This document shows, in pieces, positions 57,086-64,000 of a stretch of DNA of 64,000 bases. Both the position numbers and the translations under genes were made by a program. This stretch comes from Eledone cirrhosa (lineage: Eukaryota): the NCBI GenBank assembly GCA_964016885.1, contig OZ024757.1, positions 17,050,001 to 17,114,000 of the forward strand, in the 5' to 3' direction. Numbering within the stretch: position 1 is the stretch's first letter; each line of letters starts with the position of its first letter. The notes under the pieces were generated by a model, which was given only the letters and a program-made list of their open reading frames with translations, was not told where the DNA came from and made no database searches.

Positions 57086-58789
57086 CTACCCCCTCGGGTC
57101 ATTATGGGGTTTGAGGGCGAGGTAAGTCCTACGCAATCTATGTTTACATGCAGTAACCAGTTCATCTTTCTTGTTTAGGAGTTGGTCCGTCGAAAACAGC
57201 ATTTGTAAAGTTTCCTCCGAGCATAAATTGCACGGACGGCGTCCTCCCGTGTAAGAATTGGCTCTGGACAGTAATCTCCAAGTGAGATCATAGGTGATGT
57301 TGTTGTCCTTGAGGTCCCATATGTGGCCCGAAAGTGTAGTGGCGTGACGCCGGGCCGGGTTTCGGAAGGTATGTCTATGTTGGTATAGCCGGGTCTTGAA
57401 GTCACATGCGGTAAGTCCTATATAGGCTTTGTTGGAGGTATCCGTCCTCACGTTGCACTGGTAGATCACATTACGGTCTCTGCATCTATTGTCGAGTGGG
57501 CAAATAGATCTATCCGGGCAGTTACACCTCCTGGTCGGTTCTCCACTGCTAATTAGGTTATTTCTGCCATCGGGGTTGAGTTTTTTGTTGTTAGAGGAGA
57601 CGATGTTTTGTGCGAAGTTTGGTGTAGTGCTGTAAGAGAGTTTGATGGTATTTTTGTTAATTATGTTGTGGTAGCGGTGTTGTAATGGGAAGTGTTTTTC
57701 AATGAGCCTAAAGAATAGTTTCCCGATGGGAGTAGTCACCTCTGCGTTGTGGGGAGGATTGAACCATGTTACATTGCGTGAGCGGCGGTGTCTCCTGCTG
57801 GTTCCGCTAATGGGAGCTGGACAGTAGGATATTTCCTCCCGGAAACCACTCCGCTTGAGGGCCTGGTTGTAATAAGGCGCATGTTCATCGAATATCCGCT
57901 CATTAGCTGACAAACGGGATATGCGGAGGGAGATGTTTTTGACCAGGTTGTTTGTGATGTTCCTAGGATGGTTTGATCGGCGGTGGATGTAGTGCAGATT
58001 GTCATTAGGTTTCCTGTATGGATAGTACAGGTCGTTTTCGAGGTCGAGGGTTACGTCCAGGAAGTTTACTCGGGTCAGGGACGTTTGTAGGGTTATTTTA
58101 AATCCCCAGTCGCGGAAGAATCTGATTAATTGTTTCCGGACCCGATCTGTACTACTGGGGTTGTACCCTTTAAGGGTAAGGAGCCCATCATCACGGTACA
58201 ATCCACCACCGAATGCAGGAAACATATCAATGAGTTTGGCTATTAGGAATAATCCTATAAGATCAGTGACCTCCGCCGAATCCGTGGCGCCCATGCTGAC
58301 GTCGAAGGGTGAGTCGGGAGCTCTTTTTATCCATTTAGAGTCGTCAAAGAGTAAGACTGTCTTCCTGGCGTGGAGGATGATTTTTCTTTCCTGGTCGGTG
58401 ATGGGCACTAGTGTTTCGGCGAAGTCCAAGGCTGCAGTAAGTAGCGGTAAGGTGATTGAAGCATAGTAGCTCTATATGTCGAACTGTATGAATTTAGTTT
58501 ATCGTTTATCCTCCATATTGCTGAACCAGGAGATTACTTCCTGGGTGTTGATCCATAGGCTAAGTCGGGTGTGTTGCTTGACTTTTGGTATCACGCGGTC
58601 TAGGATTTTTTTGCTGATTCTCCCTATGTCGGACTTCGTTGGGTTAATAAGCCTGATGGAGGGTTTACGGTCAAAATCGGATTTATGGTCCTTCAGTGTG
58701 AAGTATGGTGTCCGTGGGTCTAGAGGTTCCGTGCGGTCGGCGACCCCGAGGCTGGAGGTGATTTGTTGTCCATCTCGATTTATGTCCTT
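57086..58789 (-). pseudogene. PLE reverse transcriptase-GIY-YIG endonuclease polyprotein, 5'-truncated, with two in-frame stops (58499-58501 and 58472-58474); open from 58471 to 57086
   Basis: Hand translation upstream of the 447-aa ORF gives YFTLKDHK...RLINPTKSDIGRISK...QFDI*SYYASI. Then come MGATDSAEV, LYRDD, FLDV, SNHP, the CNCx5C linker, VIY...YIG, FKTR, CNLCSEE and LLNK. Confidence 0.92.
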
Positions 58790-59218
58790 GCCTTATCCGT
58801 CCCACCTAGTTCTCTTACTTATTTCCTTATTTATTTATTTATTTATTTATTTACTTCTTTCTTTCTTTCTTTATTTTATTCTCGCCTAACAATAGCCTGA
58901 CACCTAGGTCGTAGAATTTAATTTACTTTACTTTTTTCTTTACACTTATTTGCTTTTCTTCACTCTCAGTATTTTTTCTTTCCTATTTCTACCCCCCATT
59001 GTTCTACCTACCGTTCCGACTTCCTCCCCCTCCCCCTCCCCTGTATCTTCTTTGACCTCATGCCCAGATGTAGCTGGCACTACCAACGCTTGATTGGGTC
59101 TACTCCACCCCCTCCCCTCTTTCTCCTACTGGCAGGTTTAGCCACCATCTCCCCTACTAATTTGCAACCACAGAATTACTACTGATTTTTGACAATCACT
59201 TTGACCATATATGGAATT

Positions 59219-59312
59219 ACCCCTTGAGAAGATCGGCTATTTAAATACCAGGATAAATTTTCATTTAGTCCAGAATTAGCCGTCGAAACGGCTTGAGCTC
59301 AGCTGTCGGGGT
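59219..59312 (+). ncRNA. Inverted second copy of the U3-A8 hammerhead; predicted cleavage after C59307
   Basis: Same fold as 55880-55973. Confidence 0.75.
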
Positions 59313-59322
59313 CTTACTGGTT

Positions 59323-59450
<128 letters not shown>

Positions 59451-59908
59451 TGTGTATCCAGGGTTCAATCGGGGGTAACCACAGTAAGTAAGGGACTCAC
59501 ATCATAGCAGAGTGTAAATAGTTAATATAGAAATGGCTTCTACAGGACTAGAACTGTTTCATTCAAAGGAAATCATTCCTTTGAAAATAATAATCAGGTA
59601 TAACTATAAAATAAAAAAATTACCTGAATTTTTTTTTAGGGAAGGGATTTTTTCTAGGTTTTGTTCGCGTGTTTTCAACTAATCTGACCTTTGACATGTT
59701 CACAATTGACTTTTTATTTTCCGAAAGTGGAATTTGGTCGTCGGAAAAGCAGCCGGGAAAAAAAGGCGATTGCGAGCATGTCGAGGTCAGATTAGTTGAA
59801 AGCACACGTAAAAAAAAAAAAAACACGTAAAAAAAAAACAACCTAGCAATATATATATATATATATACGATATTAAATAAATGGAAACTATATTTATAAA
59901 ACCATATT

Positions 59909-60126
59909 TATTTCATTATACATATTTCAGGGATACCAAATTAAAATATGGCATGCCTTCGTCAGATAAAATACAATATATAAACAGTTGACAGCTTCCA
60001 AAAATAATGGTCGCTTATAATAGGGTACGTCAAAATTATTTATAAAACTGTTTATATATTGTATTTTATCTGACGAAGGCATGCCATATTTTAATTTGGT
60101 ATCCCTGAAATATGTATAATGAAATA
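59909..60126. ncRNA. Divergent pair of family D hammerheads (59909-59973 minus; 60062-60126 plus)
   Basis: TATTTTAT-CTGACGA-AGGcATGCCA(loop)TGGTATcCCT-GAAA-tatgta-TA-ATGAAATA on both strands. Confidence 0.8.
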
Positions 60127-60788
60127 AATATGGTTTTATAAATATAGTTTCCATTTATTTAATATCGTATATCTACTCCAAAAACTTGTCGAGTGCTTTA
60201 TATCAGTTATAAAATATTTACTTGTTGTATCCCAACAATTTTAAATAAAACTTTTGTATATATATATATATATATTGATAGGTTTTTTTTTTTACGTGTG
60301 TTTTCAACTATTCTGACCTCCGACATGCTCGCAATCGCCTTTTTTCCCGGCTGCTGTTCTATAAATTTAAATGATTGAGAGGTGCTTATCTGTAACTCCG
60401 AGGGTCACCTCTCCCTCATCACTTCCGTTTTCGGAGAAAGGAGTTTTCGGAGCTGGTGAGTGAGTCGGGTGTCAGATCGGTTGAAAACAAACAAAACCAA
60501 AACCAAAAAAAAAAAAAAAAAAAAAAAAAACCCTACAAAAGAAAAAAATAATGCCCAACGAAGAAAATTCCGATGCTGAGAAAATCCGACGACCAAATTC
60601 CGCTTTCGGAAAATAAAAAGTCAATTGTGAACATGTCAGAGGTCAGATTAGTTGAAAACACGCGAACAAAACCTAGAAAAAATCCCTTCCCTAAAAAAAA
60701 TTCAGGTAATTTTTTTTTATTTTATATTTATACCTGATTATTATTTTTTATAGTAATTTTTATATTAATGTTAATGATAAAGAATAAA

Positions 60789-61162
60789 TAATTGTTTCTA
60801 CTTTTGGCACAAGGCCAGCAATTACCCAGTTCATTACTGGTACTTTATTTTATCGACCCGGTAAGGATGAAAGGCAATGTTAACCTCGGCGGGATTTGAA
60901 CTCAGGTCGTAAAGGGACGTAACTATGCTGGTAAGAATAAATAATTATTTCTACTATAGGCACAAGGCCAGCAAATTTGGGGGGAGGTGTAAGTCGATCA
61001 AATCGACCCCAGTCCGTGACTGGTACTTTATTTTATCGACCCCGTAAGGATGAAAGGCAAAGTTAACCTCGGCGGGATTTGAACTCACAACGTAAAGGGA
61101 CGTAACTCTATGCCACAAAGCATATTGTCCGACGCTCTACCGATACTGCCTATCCACCGCCC
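60789..61162 (-). mobile_element. Two adjacent SINE copies
   Basis: SINE consensus at 60789-60930 and 60940-61162. Confidence 0.85.
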
Positions 61163-61265
61163 TAAATAATGTGTGTGTGTAATATTTTATGGTTTAGTGT
61201 TAAAGAATAAAAACTAATGATACATTTTTTTTAAAATGGGGCCTCCGAAGGTGTGAGCCCTAGGC

Positions 61266-61432
61266 CAGTGGTCACCAAAGTGGGTTCTAAAAAGGAGCGT
61301 CTTGGCTTCCGTGAAAAAAGGTAGAAGAGTATATTTATATTGCGACCATATAACAGTATTAGACTTTGGGGCTCCCCAAAAAGTTTCTGAACCAAAATGG
61401 GTTCCGCGTTTGAAAAAGTTTGGGAAACCCTA
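61266..61432. mobile_element. hAT-like MITE, degenerate
   Basis: CAGTGGTCACCAAAGT ... AGTTTGGGAAACCCT ends. Confidence 0.45.
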
Positions 61433-62617
61433 CTCTAAGCTATAGCTTATTTAGTTCATAAGTAAGTCCAGTACAGTATCTTGCTCTCTTCCGTGTTCCG
61501 GGTGGCGGTGCCCGGGTGTGTGGCCGAAACCACAAGACTGGGAGCGGGGAAAGTGCCGCAGCACGTGGCAGCAAATTACACAGCATTTCAGACAAAATAA
61601 TTAACTAACTCACTAGCTAGCTAGCTAGTTAATTAATTAAACTAAATAAATATACAAACATGTACTAGGTTGATGAGTGACTGTAGACAGGACTTCTCTC
61701 CGACAACATCCTTAAATCTTACAAGACCAACCTTAACCTTAACACGTACTATTTAATCAATGAGAAAGCTACACATACACACTTAGCTTCATCACCACCA
61801 TCACCATTATCATCATCAACGCCATCATCATCATTACCATCACCACCACCACCACCATCACCATTATCATCACCACCACCACCAACATCACCATCATCAT
61901 CATTATTATCATCACCACCATCATCATCATTATTATCATCACCACCATCATCATCATTATTATCATCACCATTATCACAATCATAACTATTATCACCTCA
62001 TCAATAAAATCATCATCATCATCATCATCATTACAAACATCATCACTACCATCACCACCATCACTACTATCATCACCACCACCACCATCACCATCATCAT
62101 CATCACTATCACCACCACCATCACCATCATCATCACCATCATCATCACAAACATCATCACTATCACCAGCACCATCATCATCACAAACATCATCACTATC
62201 ACCACCACCATCACCACCACCAGCACCATCATCATCACAAACATCATCACTACCACCATCACCATCATCATCACAAACATCATCACTATCACCACCACCA
62301 TCACCATCATCATCACAAACATCATCACTATCACCACCACCATCACCATCATCATCACAAACATCATCACTATCACCATCACCATCACCATCATCATCAC
62401 AAACATCATCACTATCACCACCACCATCACCATCATCATCACAAACATCATCACTATCACCACCACCATCACTACTATCATCCCCACCACCACCACCACC
62501 ATCACCATCATCATCACAAACATCATCACTACCACCATCACCATCATCATCACAAACATCATCACTATCACCACCACCATCATCATCATCATCACCATCG
62601 TTATCACCACCACCACC

Positions 62618-62648
<31 letters not shown>

Positions 62649-62735
62649 ATATCATCATTATCATCATCACCTTCATCAATCCCAGCATCACCACCACCGC
62701 CACCACCACCATGGTCACCACCACCACCACCACCA

Positions 62736-63157
62736 CAGAAGTCTGTCCTCTTGGTGGCTTTAATGTTAGCCCTGACCCTGTATAAGATTGTAATATTTTA
62801 AGGTCCAGTAATGCGTCCCTCAGAAGTCTGTCCTCTTGGTGGCTTTAATGTTAGCCCTGACCCTGTATAAGATGGTAATATTTTAAGGTCCAGTAATGCG
62901 TCCCTCAGAAGTCTGTCCTCTTGGTGGCTTTAATGTCAGCCCTGACCCTGTATAAGATTGTAATATTTTAAGGTCCAGTAATGCGTCCCTCAGAAGTCTG
63001 TCCTCTTGGTGGCTTTAATGTTAGCCCTGACCCTGTATAAGATGGTAATATTTTAAGGTCCAGTAATGCGTCCCTCAGAAGTCTGTCCTCTTGGTGGCTT
63101 TAATGTCAGCCCTAGCCCTGTATAAAATTGTGATCTTTTAAGGTTCAATAATGCACC
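62736..63157. repeat. 85-bp tandem repeat, about 5 units, flanked by (CAY)n (61790-62735) and (RTG)n (63198-63935)
   Basis: Units start CAGAAGTCTGTCC at 62736, 62821, 62906, 62991 and 63076. Confidence 0.95.
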
Positions 63158-64000
63158 CGATAGAATCAGTGCCCTCCGTAGCTGTCTTGTTGGCCTTAAT
63201 GATGATAGTGATGATGGTGGTGGTGGTGGTGTTGGTGATGGTGGTGATATTGGTGATGATTGTAATGGTAATCGTGATATTGGTGGTAATGGTGATGGTG
63301 GTGTTGGTGATGGTGGTGATATTGGTGATGATGGTGGTGGTGATATTGGTGATGATGGTGGTGGTGAAGATGATGGTGATGATCGTAATGGTGATGATGA
63401 TGATGGTGGTAATGTTGATGGTGGTAATGATGGTGGTGATGATGGTGTTGGTGGTAATGGTGATGGCGATGATGATGGTGATGATGATGATGGTGGTAAT
63501 GGTGATGGTAATGGTGGTGGTAATGGTGGTGGTGATGGTAATGGTAGTGTTGGTGGTGGTGGTGGTAATGGTGATGGTGATGTTGGTGGTGATGGTAATG
63601 GTGGTGGTGATGGTAATGGTGGTGGTGATGGTGGTAATGGTGATGTTGGTGGTGGTAATGGTGGTGGTGATGGTGGTGGTGATGGTGGTAATGGTGGTGG
63701 TGATGGTGGTGGTGGTAATGGTGGTGGTGATGGTGGTGGTGATGGTGGTGGTAATGGTGGTGGTAATGGTGGTGGTGGTGGTGATGGTGGTGGTGATGGT
63801 GGTGGTAATGGGGGTGGTAATGGTGGTGGCGATGGTGGTGGTAATGGTGGTGGTGATGGTGGTGGTAATGGTGGTGATAATGGTGGTGGTGATGGTGGTG
63901 GTAATGGTGGTGGTGATGGTGGTGGTGAAGATGGATTGACAAGACTCGATATTGTTATTTTAGCCCTAGGTCAGCTTCTATTATAGTAGAACTATGATCG

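Noticed and set aside
58472-58501. Recoded stops (selenocysteine or readthrough) in the RT
   Set aside because: The stops are TAA and TAG rather than TGA, and the copy is 5'-truncated, so ordinary inactivating mutations are the simpler explanation.
58161-58889. Plus-strand ORFs of 101 and 137 aa
   Set aside because: They are antisense shadows of the PLE RT reading frame.
61993-63942. Met/Val-rich and His-rich ORFs of about 250 aa
   Set aside because: They are translations of (CAT/CAC)n repeats.

Overview
AT-rich, microsatellite-saturated animal genomic DNA. The repeat repertoire suggests a cephalopod such as Octopus (inference). Almost every ORF in the supplied track is a simple-repeat artefact. 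The one long real coding region belongs to a young, 5'-truncated Penelope-like retroelement (RT with YRDD plus C-terminal GIY-YIG; minus strand, about 55787-59327). It sits in a (TA)n tract with a 545-bp inverted copy of its 3' end. That end folds into a type I hammerhead ribozyme whose core reads UUGAGAA, a compensatory U3-A8 variant. Many short (TA)n-embedded elements from several families carry complete or half hammerheads, fold-back arms and a shared ACTC...GAGT tail hairpin. Together they suggest a microsatellite-targeting PLE/ribozyme system with a common insertion mechanism. The window also holds tRNA-derived SINEs, LINE 3' relics (RTE, CRE-like, L1/Tx1-like), MITEs, several satellites, and a probable host promoter with a first coding exon near 46.5 kb. 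Coordinates were read by eye; repeat boundaries are approximate.
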